IMG/VR virus record: IMGVR_UViG_3300022575_000033
Length of the DNA: 17,819 nt
Direction: 5' to 3' (one strand)
Origin: a virus
The position numbers were made by a program, and so were the translations under genes. Each line of letters opens with the position of its first letter. Position 1 is the stretch's first letter. Below the pieces are notes generated by a model. The model had not been told where the DNA came from, did not search any database, and worked only from the letters and a program-made list of their open reading frames with translations. This document shows, piece by piece, positions 6,693-15,719 of this stretch.

Positions 6693-8885
6693 ATGACAGA
6701 GATTTATGCAATGCCGCCTGAGACGCGCGCGGGCTTGTCGTTTGATTATTCTGTGTGGTCTGCGGGCAGTGTTATCACGATGGTTAATGTACCTTTCGAC
6801 AATACGTATCGGGATATTGTTGACTGGAAATCGTATGGCCACACGCCTTATGCCTATGTCAAGTCGTTTAACAATCTTCATAAGGTTGAGATTAATCAGA
6901 TGACTTATCTTGCGCAGGGTAAGCCGATTCGCATTCCCACACCGTTCACTAAGGCAAATCAGTACAACTATGTGATGGTCGAGAATCCCGGACGCCCTGT
7001 TAACAACATTGGTTTTGAAGGTTATACACCTAGTGTGTTTTTCTATTTCATTACCAGCATTGACTACATTGCCCCCAATACCACGCAGTTGACACTTCAA
7101 CTTGATGTTTGGACCACCTATTATCAGCGGATCAACTTTGGCCGTAGTTACCTTGAGCGCGGGCACATGGGAATTGCTGCAACTGATTCTTTCGACAACT
7201 ATGGAAAGAACTGGTTGACTCAGCCTGAGGGTCTGGATATGGGGTCTGAACACCAAATTATTCGAACCTACCGGCGATTGCTGGCGGACGTTAATAATTA
7301 TGATTATGTTGTGATTGTTACTTCCACAACAAAACTTGACGCCAATAATGGTTACGGTGACGAAAATAATCCTCGCGTATCTATGGCCACTTCCTCGCGA
7401 ACCGAAGGAATCCCTAACGGCACCGAAATTTATGCGTGCACCGCGGGCAATTTTAAATCCGGTATGGAAGGACTTCGTTATTACCCCTGGGTCGCACAGG
7501 GAATTGGGTCAATCACTATTGTCCCTAAAGACGTTGTCGACTTAAATGCCGGTGACAAAGTTAAGGTTGGCGAGAAAACAGGACAAGGAACGTGGACATG
7601 GCTATCTGACAACAGCGTTTATATTAATCGCAATTATTCGTTGACTGATGCCAGTTTTAGGAATGAATTTCTTTCGTTACTCCCTAAGGAATATCAGGAA
7701 CTTAAAAAATTCGTGACATCACCGTACTGCATTGTTGAGTTGACGACATATTCAGGTAACCCCGTTGAATTTCGCCCTGAGTCTATCCGCACAGCGGGAA
7801 TTAACATTAATCAGTATGCCCATGTTGTGCCGCCTAATCCGTCCTTGTTTTTCACTATCCGGGACTACAACACAATCACCGAATCTGTGATTGTTGAGCG
7901 CCGTGCAGGTAAGGTGACTAACGAGTACGGTGAGGGTTGGGATATGTGTACCGGATACACGTCTCTCCCCACATTCTCGGCCGTCAACAATTCCTCGCTG
8001 AATGCGCTTGCTTCGTCGGCACACACTGCGGCGGCTCAAGTGAATAATGCGAAGTGGCAGCAGCAGCGTGCTCAGCGTGCAGCGACGGCGGCGCGGGATG
8101 TGGCTAATGCTGGTATTGCTGCAACTCAGGCTGGGGCTGAGAATTCCATGTGGGGCAATTCTGCAATGGCGGATTCTCAGTCTCGTTACAATAATATGAG
8201 GGCTACTGTTCAGGCAACTCAGGGCGCCATGACAGCACTTGGCGGTGTTATGGGACTGAATGGTTCGGCGGCTGGTGCTGGTATTGGTCAGGCGGCTACG
8301 GCTGGCGTTAGCGCCATGATTAATAACTCTCAGGCGCAGTCGACGGCGAATATTCAGAATCAGTTGGCTAGTGGCGCCTCGCAGATTTCTCAGCAGCAGC
8401 AGAGAACTGTGCGGGATACTAACTATGAACTGGCACAGTTTGCCGCTAACGGGGACTATGAGGCGGCTATTGCTTCGATTAATGGTCAGCGTCAGGACAT
8501 GCAGGTTATTCCACCGTCCGTGGTTGGTCAGACGTCGGGCTATGTGTCTGCGATGGTCTCCAACGGACTTGTGATTGATGCTAGAATTAGAAGTGTTTCG
8601 CCAGCGGCTATGCGCAGTATTGGTGATTTCTGGCTTAGGTATGGGTACTTGATGAATACTTGGATCAAGTTCCCGAAGACACTTAGCCTTATGACTGAAT
8701 TTACATATTGGAAGATGGCTGAGTGTTACTTGGTTGACACAACTATTCCTGAGGGGTTCAAGGCCAGTGTGCGAGGAATCTTCGAAAAGGGTGTGACTGT
8801 GTGGCGTTCTCCCCAGCGTATCGGTAACACGAACGTTCGCAATAACAGGATTGACAAAACAGTTAGGGTGACCCTTAGTGAGTAA
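6693..8885 (+). CDS. Tail knob / distal tail tube protein (phi29 gp9-like), 730 aa
   Basis: GGAGGA-N4-ATG at 6693. The N-terminal pattern VNVPFDNTYRD...YNYVMVEN...FFYFITSIDY...LQLDVWTTY...ERGH parallels remembered gp9 (VPFSNDYKN...YIMFQN...FYAFVT...IDVLQTW...REH). Position matches the phi29 gene order. Confidence 0.85.
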   Translation: MTEIYAMPPETRAGLSFDYSVWSAGSVITMVNVPFDNTYRDIVDWKSYGHTPYAYVKSFNNLHKVEINQMTYLAQGKPIRIPTPFTKANQYNYVMVENPGRPVNNIGFEGYTPSVFFYFITSIDYIAPNTTQLTLQLDVWTTYYQRINFGRSYLERGHMGIAATDSFDNYGKNWLTQPEGLDMGSEHQIIRTYRRLLADVNNYDYVVIVTSTTKLDANNGYGDENNPRVSMATSSRTEGIPNGTEIYACTAGNFKSGMEGLRYYPWVAQGIGSITIVPKDVVDLNAGDKVKVGEKTGQGTWTWLSDNSVYINRNYSLTDASFRNEFLSLLPKEYQELKKFVTSPYCIVELTTYSGNPVEFRPESIRTAGININQYAHVVPPNPSLFFTIRDYNTITESVIVERRAGKVTNEYGEGWDMCTGYTSLPTFSAVNNSSLNALASSAHTAAAQVNNAKWQQQRAQRAATAARDVANAGIAATQAGAENSMWGNSAMADSQSRYNNMRATVQATQGAMTALGGVMGLNGSAAGAGIGQAATAGVSAMINNSQAQSTANIQNQLASGASQISQQQQRTVRDTNYELAQFAANGDYEAAIASINGQRQDMQVIPPSVVGQTSGYVSAMVSNGLVIDARIRSVSPAAMRSIGDFWLRYGYLMNTWIKFPKTLSLMTEFTYWKMAECYLVDTTIPEGFKASVRGIFEKGVTVWRSPQRIGNTNVRNNRIDKTVRVTLSE

Positions 8886-9849
8886 AAAGGATTACGTGCT
8901 TAACGGCATTTACAAGAAAATCATGGCATCTCCCCCGTCGTCATCCGAAGCACGACAGGTGCAACTCGAACACATGTACCGACGTCAGTTGATGGGCAAG
9001 TGCCTTTCCCGATTTACTTGGGAGGGACTGCCTAATGGGATTGACCCTCGTTTTATTGAAGCAACTATCTTCAATAACGGGTACTCTGTGTTTTATTTCG
9101 ACAGTTTCTTTGAGTTGTTTATGGCAATGCCAGCAACAATCTCGGGGCCACTGGACATTCAGGATAACCCCACGGGGTATCGCGTCACCCGCAATGGTGT
9201 CTATTCTCGCGAAGTGAGTGCTTCGGAGTCGGTGTGTATTTGGGGTAATCAGGTTCGGGAGCCGGAAATTGATGTAGTGCTTTCGTATGCTGCGCGGCTT
9301 GCTCAGATTGACAGGACAATCGAAATTGATCTGTTGAATGAGCGTAACCCGATGATTGTTGCGTGCTCGCAGGACCAGCGCCTTACCATCCAGAATCTCA
9401 TCTCTAAGATTTACGATGGTGAGCCCGTTGTGTGGGGCACTGAGAATATGAGTATGGACAATCTCGCCAACACTATTGGCGTGTTTCCCCTTAACCAGAA
9501 TGCTGGTGCGGGTGCTGTTTCCTCGATCAAGCACATGGAGTCTAAGTCCAAGATTTGGGGCGAAGCGCTCACAATGCTCGGCATTATGAACGTTAACTCC
9601 GAAAAGCGTGAGCGCATGGTGGTTGAGGAAGCCGCCGCTAATTCTGGGCAGGTGCTTGCGTCTCGCGAGTCGTTTATGAAACCGCGTGAGTTGGCTTGCG
9701 AGCAAATCAATGAGAAGTTTGGGCTTAATGTGTCGTGTTATTGGGCTGTTGACGACAATGCTGCGCCTAATCTTAATGACTATCTTGCTAGTTCTAATTT
9801 GACAACCTATGGGGGTGACGATGGCGGTAACAACGATAATGCTTCGTGA
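8878..9849 (+). CDS. Portal / upper collar connector (phi29 gp10-like), 323 aa
   Basis: The block WGEALTMLGIMNVNSEKRERMVVEEAAANSGQVLASRESFMKPRELACEQINEKFGLNV closely parallels remembered gp10 ([25 protein letters not shown]...[20 protein letters not shown]). Also FTWEGLPNGIDPRFIE. GTG 8878 overlaps the knob stop; ATG 8923 is an alternative start. Confidence 0.93.
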   Translation: MSKKDYVLNGIYKKIMASPPSSSEARQVQLEHMYRRQLMGKCLSRFTWEGLPNGIDPRFIEATIFNNGYSVFYFDSFFELFMAMPATISGPLDIQDNPTGYRVTRNGVYSREVSASESVCIWGNQVREPEIDVVLSYAARLAQIDRTIEIDLLNERNPMIVACSQDQRLTIQNLISKIYDGEPVVWGTENMSMDNLANTIGVFPLNQNAGAGAVSSIKHMESKSKIWGEALTMLGIMNVNSEKRERMVVEEAAANSGQVLASRESFMKPRELACEQINEKFGLNVSCYWAVDDNAAPNLNDYLASSNLTTYGGDDGGNNDNAS

Positions 9850-10543
9850 CGTTGTGCGGATTACTGATGACCATATTGGCCTTGATGATTATCCGATCTT
9901 CGACGAAGCATACAGGAAAACACTGAATGATCGGATTAAGAAGACTTATTGGCTTCAGGAGATTGCGCACGAGACTATCGACATCTTTATTTGGCGGTTA
10001 AGCCTTAAGATGGAACTGATTATGCCCCGGTATAATCGAATGTATCTGGCTGAACTGCAAAACACGGACCCGCTCGAAGGCAATCGCCACTACAGCGAGA
10101 CCAGTCAGGACGGTAGGTCCCAGAATTCGGGGATCAACCACCAGACCGGCAGTGGCAGTGGCACCAACAAGTCGAAGGGGCGCACCGTGGGCTCGGACAC
10201 GCCTCAGACCCGCCTTGCGGGCGATGGGGACTATGCTACGAGCATCAGCGACGCGAGCACGTCAGGTGACACTACATCGCGTAACGAGTCGGATAGTACG
10301 TCATCATCAAACAGCAACTATGTCAATAATCAGCACTCCAGTTCATGGGGCTATTCCGGCTCTAAGGCGCGAGCAATTGCTGATTATCGGGGGACATTGC
10401 TTAACGTTGATGATTTGGTAATCGCGGAACTCAGCGAACTATTCCTAGGACTATGGGACACAGATATGCCCCACACTCCTGGCGGACTAATTAATGGATA
10501 CTCATTCGGACTAGGACTTGGAGGATATTATGGCTACTGGTGA
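9821..10543 (+). CDS. Putative lower collar protein (gp11 position), about 240 aa with a Ser/Thr/Gly-rich central region
   Basis: Follows the portal as in phi29. The start is ambiguous (ATG 9809, 9821 or 9839); 9821 follows gggggtga. The call is by synteny. Confidence 0.6.
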   Translation: MAVTTIMLRDVVRITDDHIGLDDYPIFDEAYRKTLNDRIKKTYWLQEIAHETIDIFIWRLSLKMELIMPRYNRMYLAELQNTDPLEGNRHYSETSQDGRSQNSGINHQTGSGSGTNKSKGRTVGSDTPQTRLAGDGDYATSISDASTSGDTTSRNESDSTSSSNSNYVNNQHSSSWGYSGSKARAIADYRGTLLNVDDLVIAELSELFLGLWDTDMPHTPGGLINGYSFGLGLGGYYGYW

Positions 10544-12005
10544 CGACATTATCGGCTCTATTGACCAGGCGCTTTGGCGTGTTCAGTCGCGGTCGGTGAA
10601 CAACATTACACCGTTTACTTATCGTGACGGGCTGACATATATTGACGTACTTGAGCGAATTCGCTCTAGCGTTATTGACGTCATTACGTTCACGAATTCC
10701 TTTGGCGAGGAACAGGACAAGATTATCGCCAAACTGAATGAGACGGTCACCAATTTCATTACTGAGGTTGAGAAGACTCATTCAGGTTGGAACAAGGAAC
10801 TGGATGCAAAGAAAACTGTGCTCGAGTCTCTGATTGAGGACTTCAAGCGGCGCCTTATTGACGCCGAATTCCGTGAGGTTGACGGCAACTATATTGAGGC
10901 GCCACTTAAGTCGCCCGTGGGTAAGCGGGTTACGCTGACGACTAAGGCGTGGGGTGATGCGCTTAAGGCCCAGAACACACAGTTTCAGACAGAGATTCAG
11001 GGCAAATTGGACCAACAGCGCAGGGACTTCGACAACCGTTTCCCGGCCTATTACACGAAGACTGAGGCTAACGATATTTTTCTTGAAGACCCTAAACTCA
11101 CTGAGGGCGTTGTCATTGGTTCGTCTAATGCAACTATTGAAGCAAGCCGCTGGACTGAGACTCTGTGTCGCGAGTTGGGGCTTAACCCTAACGTGTACGC
11201 AATTGGTGGCGGTGGGTTTACTTCCACTCTGGATAACAATTTCTCGACACAGTTGGATAATGCTATCCGGGGAATGTCTGAGGAAAAGCGTCGCAAGACT
11301 AAATACTTTTTCGTGATTGATCTACTGAATGACATTCGTGCACAGAATGCTGTTCAGACCAACGCGAAAAACTTTTTCGCCAAAGCGCGCCAGAACTTTC
11401 CCAATGCAGACATCCGAGTGCTCCCCGTCGTCTTCAATGAGGCGTCGCTGAACAACTATGTGCAGATGGCTCGCTCGTGTGTTAGCCGCACCTTTGAGGT
11501 CATGGAAGCGGGACTCCCTTATGGTGCTGTTGTCTGTGAGGGCTCGCGCACCTGGGCTCACATGGGCTCCGAGCAAGCCGCAGCGTGGGACCAGGGCGCC
11601 GACAACGTTCACATGACCGCAGCCGGGTACAACCACATTAAGGACCTATTTAAGGCGTGGCTTAACGGGGGGTCGAGTTGGTATAACCCGCCGTCAGCTC
11701 AGTTGCATCCTTTCTCAACTAGCGCCGTTATTCACGACAATAACTACCTAGTTTGTGAGCGCGACGGAGATTGGGTAAACATTCAGGGAACCTTTAAGGT
11801 CGCCGGAAATAATGCTGGATATGACACGAAGTTAATGGGGCTTCCCGGATGGGCGCGTCCTTATGATGGTGTTATGTCTCCCATTATTGGAAATGATCGG
11901 TCATACAAGTACATTTATGTCCCTAAGACGAATGGCATTTATGTTGGTGACATTCTCTCCGCAAACCAGACCTACCAGGTAAACATGACCTACAAGATTT
12001 GGTGA
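10530..12005 (+). CDS. Tail appendage / fibre protein with central SGNH (GDSL-type) esterase domain and C-terminal beta-rich domain, 491 aa
   Basis: GGAGGA-N4-ATG at 10530. SGNH blocks: I VVIGSSNA, II AIGGGGF, III VIDLLNDI, V GADNVHMTAAGY (DxxH). Occupies the phi29 gp12 position. Confidence 0.75.
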   Translation: MATGDDIIGSIDQALWRVQSRSVNNITPFTYRDGLTYIDVLERIRSSVIDVITFTNSFGEEQDKIIAKLNETVTNFITEVEKTHSGWNKELDAKKTVLESLIEDFKRRLIDAEFREVDGNYIEAPLKSPVGKRVTLTTKAWGDALKAQNTQFQTEIQGKLDQQRRDFDNRFPAYYTKTEANDIFLEDPKLTEGVVIGSSNATIEASRWTETLCRELGLNPNVYAIGGGGFTSTLDNNFSTQLDNAIRGMSEEKRRKTKYFFVIDLLNDIRAQNAVQTNAKNFFAKARQNFPNADIRVLPVVFNEASLNNYVQMARSCVSRTFEVMEAGLPYGAVVCEGSRTWAHMGSEQAAAWDQGADNVHMTAAGYNHIKDLFKAWLNGGSSWYNPPSAQLHPFSTSAVIHDNNYLVCERDGDWVNIQGTFKVAGNNAGYDTKLMGLPGWARPYDGVMSPIIGNDRSYKYIYVPKTNGIYVGDILSANQTYQVNMTYKIW

Positions 12006-12016
12006 GTAGACAGGAG

Positions 12017-12055
12017 TAGCCTGCCCCGATATACTTGGGGCAGGCTATTTCTGTT
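12017..12055 (+). terminator. Rho-independent terminator
   Basis: tagcctgcccc-gatatactt-ggggcaggcta (11-bp stem) followed by tttctgtt, 12 nt after the stop at 12003-12005. Confidence 0.8.
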
Positions 12056-12065
12056 GGAGGAAACT

Positions 12066-13370
12066 ATGGCATGGGACGCAACAACCAAAAAAGTTGCGAT
12101 TAAGGCTATTGGTCAGGTTGAGTCGTCTATGGATTACTCTGCGATCAACTATAACGACCCAATTACCGTCGGAATTGCACAGTGGTATGGAACTCGCGCC
12201 GCGGCAATTCTTAACCGCATGCGTGGCGCTCACGCGGCCGAATACGGGCGTGTCGATGCTGGGTTTAGGTCTCGGCTCGAGTCTGTGCCTGAGTCCGATT
12301 CGTCCTGGAACACCTATTACCTGTCTCGCCCTGTAGGCGATAGTCTCAAGCCGTTGCTTAATGCGAGCAAGGACATTCAGGGCGACCAGATTGTCAAGGA
12401 CCTTGAGAACTATTTCAGTGTTGCTAAGCAGTATGGGATTAACCCCGACACGGATACGGACGCATTTATTCTCTGGTGCGTTGCGTATCACCAAGGACCG
12501 CGTTACGCTTTTCAGGTCGCAAACCACTACAGTGGTGGAGGCCTTAATGAGATGTATTCTGACATTATGGCTAACGGTGTTCTTGGTCGTTACTCCAATC
12601 GCTATACTCAGGCTAAGAACATTATTGCCGGAAAGGACACTAGCGGTGTAGGTGAGGGCGGTATTAGTGCAAACACTCCGGGTAATGGTGGGAGTATTGG
12701 GCAGAATTCTCAGACTGTTAATGTGTCTGGCGGCAAATTGATTATTAGTGCCGACGACAGTGGTATTCTCACGCTCCGCTCAAAGTTCGGTAATTATCAG
12801 ATGTATTCTCGAGGCCACAATCTATGGGAAGTAAATCTCAAAGACATTCAACAGACAATCGTCGGTCAAAACCCTGCCGCCAACGCGGGCGGGGGAGGTG
12901 GGGGTGGCGGAACTCCCGCGCCCGGTGGCTCCGGTAAGGGCGCGGCGGCGCTTGCATGGGTAATGGCCCGATTGGGTAAATTTGCTTATTGTCAATGTCC
13001 CGGTAGGCAAGACCCTGACAATTCTGGTATCACGGATTGCAGTGGCTTAATGTATGCAGCCTATAAGAACACGTCAAATACATTTGTTGGCACTTGGACG
13101 GGCGATCAATACTTCCGCGGGGCCGAGCCATTCCCGCGCCGTGGTGGGGCTATGACGGCCGCGGAGCGGGCCCAGTTGCGACCGGGGGACATGATTGTCA
13201 TGGCCTGGAGGTCCACGGATAGTTACTATCCCGAGACGGACCACGTTGAAATGGTGGTAGACTCAAATACCCTTGTGGGGCACGGCGGCAATCCGCATTA
13301 TGGCCCAGTAACTAAGTCTATTGATGTTCTCGCCGGCACTCGCTGGTGGACGGTAAGGCGTCACGAATGA
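12066..13370 (+). CDS. Tail-associated peptidoglycan hydrolase: N-terminal lysozyme/transglycosylase-like domain, poly-Gly linker, C-terminal NlpC/P60 endopeptidase (gp13 position)
   Basis: GGAGGA-N4-ATG at 12066. N-terminus AIGQVESSMDYSAIN...GIAQWYG has a catalytic-Glu-like ES motif. Linker is GGGGGGGTPAPGGSG. C-terminus has DCSGLMYAAY (catalytic Cys) and DHVEMVV...GHGG (His). Confidence 0.85.
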   Translation: MAWDATTKKVAIKAIGQVESSMDYSAINYNDPITVGIAQWYGTRAAAILNRMRGAHAAEYGRVDAGFRSRLESVPESDSSWNTYYLSRPVGDSLKPLLNASKDIQGDQIVKDLENYFSVAKQYGINPDTDTDAFILWCVAYHQGPRYAFQVANHYSGGGLNEMYSDIMANGVLGRYSNRYTQAKNIIAGKDTSGVGEGGISANTPGNGGSIGQNSQTVNVSGGKLIISADDSGILTLRSKFGNYQMYSRGHNLWEVNLKDIQQTIVGQNPAANAGGGGGGGGTPAPGGSGKGAAALAWVMARLGKFAYCQCPGRQDPDNSGITDCSGLMYAAYKNTSNTFVGTWTGDQYFRGAEPFPRRGGAMTAAERAQLRPGDMIVMAWRSTDSYYPETDHVEMVVDSNTLVGHGGNPHYGPVTKSIDVLAGTRWWTVRRHE

Positions 13371-14362
13371 AAAAGAAATTCTCCTATTATAGTTTCTCTA
13401 ATGTGCTCTCATATGCGGGCGTGTTTAATATGATTATGGGCGCCCGTGGTCTTGGTAAGACCTACGGTGCCAAGAAAATCGTTATCAAGAATGCAATCAA
13501 CAAGGGGCAGCAATTCATTTATCTTCGCCGTTACAAGACGGAACTCAAGGGGCGCAATAGTTTCTTTGCCGACATTCAACATGAATTTCCCGATGAGGAA
13601 TTCCGTGTAGAAGGGCAGTATGCTCAGCGTAAAGTTGGGAAGAAATGGGAGACCATTGGTTATTTCATTCCACTATCTACTGCGCAAGCGAATAAGTCGA
13701 TTGCTTACCCAAACGTGTACACGATTATCTTTGATGAATTCATCATTGATAAAGGTTCGCTACGTTATCTTCCAGACGAGGCGAAAGTCTTTATGGACTT
13801 TTATTCTACGGTAGACCGTTACCAGGACCGTGTGCGTTGTCTTATGCTTTCCAATGCTGTTAGCATTATGAACCCCTATTTCATTCGATTTCACATAGAA
13901 CCGAAAGAAGGAATCAGTCGTCACGCCGATGGATTTATCGTCACGGATTTCGTAAACAGCGAGCAATTCCAGTCCGAAGTTGCGCACACTAGGTTCGGTT
14001 CCTTTATCACAAACTATGCTGAGGACTATGCCGACTACTCCATCTCCAACAAATTCGCAGACAACTATGACGACTTCGTCATGAAAAAGACCGGAAAAGC
14101 CAAATACGCATTCTCCCTCCGCTGCCCCGACGGCGAGGTCTCCATATGGATCGACGGCGGCACATGGTTCGCCCAGCGCCGCCAGCCCCGCGGGGATAGG
14201 GTAAGATGGGCCTATAAGGTCACGGACCTGAGAGAGGGGGAGCGGCTACTCATGTACGGTGACAAGGTACTAAGCATTATGCGTAGCACTTACCGCAAAG
14301 GTCGGCTTTTCTCCGACTCACCCGAGACCAGAAACATGTTCGCTGAAATCTTTGTCCGATGA
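13367..14362 (+). CDS. DNA encapsidation ATPase (phi29 gp16-like), 331 aa
   Basis: ATGA overlap with the upstream stop. Walker A GARGLGKT. Also QQFIYLRRYKTELK, AYPNVYTIIFDEF (Walker B) and RVRCLMLSNAVSIMNPYF, all paralleling remembered gp16 (GARGIGKS, EQFIYVRRYKPEL, AYPNVSTIVFDEF, RVRCICLSNAVSVVNPYF). Confidence 0.95.
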   Translation: MKKKFSYYSFSNVLSYAGVFNMIMGARGLGKTYGAKKIVIKNAINKGQQFIYLRRYKTELKGRNSFFADIQHEFPDEEFRVEGQYAQRKVGKKWETIGYFIPLSTAQANKSIAYPNVYTIIFDEFIIDKGSLRYLPDEAKVFMDFYSTVDRYQDRVRCLMLSNAVSIMNPYFIRFHIEPKEGISRHADGFIVTDFVNSEQFQSEVAHTRFGSFITNYAEDYADYSISNKFADNYDDFVMKKTGKAKYAFSLRCPDGEVSIWIDGGTWFAQRRQPRGDRVRWAYKVTDLREGERLLMYGDKVLSIMRSTYRKGRLFSDSPETRNMFAEIFVR

Positions 14363-14664
14363 TACACATTAACCCCACCACAATTGACGTCGCCCTAATT
14401 CTAGGCGTCATTTCACTAATCACAATCGCCGGGCGTTTCATCTATCGTGTCACAATCTTTATGGATCACTTATCCACAATGTTGAATGCATGGGATGGAA
14501 AAGATGGAGCGCCCAGCGTGCTAGACCGGCTTGAGGATATAGAAGAAAAACTAAAAGACGTTCAATATCACGTCAAGCCAAATCACGGCGGATCAAGCGT
14601 AGATGCGCAGAACCGCCAACTCAAAGAAATCATTTCCTACCTCAAGGAGAAAAACAATGGGTGA
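14359..14664 (+). CDS. Membrane-anchored protein, 101 aa (N-terminal TM helix, C-terminal helical region with KPNHGGSSVD motif)
   Basis: ATGA overlap with the ATPase stop. TM segment VALILGVISLITIAGRFIY. Precedes the holin and endolysin. Confidence 0.6.
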   Translation: MIHINPTTIDVALILGVISLITIAGRFIYRVTIFMDHLSTMLNAWDGKDGAPSVLDRLEDIEEKLKDVQYHVKPNHGGSSVDAQNRQLKEIISYLKEKNNG

Positions 14665-14857
14665 GCACGAGTCCCCCAAGCCCCCCTTCATTCCCGACGC
14701 GTACCGCATGTGGATTTACACCGTCTGTGTTGGCGTCCTCGTTTGTCTCGGGGTATGGGGCATTCTTGATGGTGACAAGATTAGTGCCCTGAACTTCCTG
14801 TTCGCCGCATTCTTCGGCGTCGCAGCGTCTAACACGCCACGAGGAAAGGCGTCCTAA
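14657..14857 (+). CDS. Putative holin, 66 aa with two TM helices
   Basis: AAGGAGA-N6-ATG at 14657; the ORF-track start at 14603 has no RBS. TM segments MWIYTVCVGVLVCLGVWGIL and ALNFLFAAFFGVAAS. The stop forms a TAATG overlap with the endolysin ATG. Confidence 0.7.
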   Translation: MGEHESPKPPFIPDAYRMWIYTVCVGVLVCLGVWGILDGDKISALNFLFAAFFGVAASNTPRGKAS

Positions 14858-15672
14858 TGGTCACCCGCGCACAAATTATCTCCGCCGCCCAGGAGGAAAT
14901 CGGATACTCCCGATGGGCCGACGACGAAGCGGGCACCAAGTATGGGCGCTGGTACGCACAGGCAACCGGCTCCCCATACTTCGGTGCTTCGGGCGTCCCT
15001 TACTGCGATATGTTCGTGTCCTACATTCTCGCCAAGGCGGGCATCAACTGGGTAAGCGCCTACGTCCCCGGCCGCGAGAATCAGGCCCGCGAGCGCGGCG
15101 TCCTCATCAACAAATGGGACGTTCGCCCCGGCGACCTAGTCACCTTCGACTGGCAGGGAGACGGAGAGTCCGACCATATCGGAATCGCCACCAGCGCACC
15201 CTACGGAACCAAGATTGACACCATTGAAGGAAATACTTCCTGGGGTTATTCCGGATCACAGGGTAATGGTGGAGTAGTCACCAATAAGCAGCGCGATATG
15301 GATGACGTTGTTTGGGGCATTCGCGTAGTCGACGACAACTCTGCCATTTCCAGTGGCGGCGATATCCGAGACATTCAGCGAATCCTCGGCGCCGTACAGG
15401 ACAATATCCTTGGGCAGGACACCGAAAAGCGAATGTGCGCCGTCATCAAGGCCAGCAACTGGGGAGGACGCACCTTCCCCTGGGGCGTCGCCTACACACA
15501 GTCCGTCATCGGCACAGAGCCCGACGGTATCTGGGGCGACGCCAGCGAAGCCGCACATGACCGCGTCATCGAATCCCTACAGGCCGCACTCGGCGTCACC
15601 GTCGACGGCATATGGGGCCCCGAGACCTGGGCCGCCTGGGAGCGACTAGCCCGCACCGCAGAACGCCCATAA
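14857..15672 (+). CDS. Endolysin: N-terminal CHAP amidase/endopeptidase plus C-terminal PG_binding_1-like repeats
   Basis: CHAP signature PYCDMFVSY (Cys), SDHIGIA (His), TIEGNTS. The C-terminus has PDGIWGDASEAAHD and VDGIWGPETWAAWE repeats. Tandem stops TAATAA. Confidence 0.88.
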   Translation: MVTRAQIISAAQEEIGYSRWADDEAGTKYGRWYAQATGSPYFGASGVPYCDMFVSYILAKAGINWVSAYVPGRENQARERGVLINKWDVRPGDLVTFDWQGDGESDHIGIATSAPYGTKIDTIEGNTSWGYSGSQGNGGVVTNKQRDMDDVVWGIRVVDDNSAISSGGDIRDIQRILGAVQDNILGQDTEKRMCAVIKASNWGGRTFPWGVAYTQSVIGTEPDGIWGDASEAAHDRVIESLQAALGVTVDGIWGPETWAAWERLARTAERP

Positions 15673-15677
15673 TAAAC

Positions 15678-15719
15678 AGTTAACCCCCGGAAGGAACCAA
15701 CCACTTCCGGGGGTTAACT
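15678..15719. terminator. Bidirectional terminator between convergent late and right-arm transcription units (16-bp stem)
   Basis: agttaacccccggaag-gaaccaacca-cttccgggggttaact. The A-rich 5' flank (cataataaac) gives a U-rich tail for the minus-strand transcript. Confidence 0.8.

Noticed and set aside
12884-12915. G-rich run (gggcgggggaggtgggggtggcgg) considered as a slippery or phase-variable tract or frameshift site.
   Set aside because: It is interrupted rather than a pure homopolymer. It simply encodes the poly-Gly interdomain linker, and the reading frame continues into a well-formed NlpC/P60 domain.
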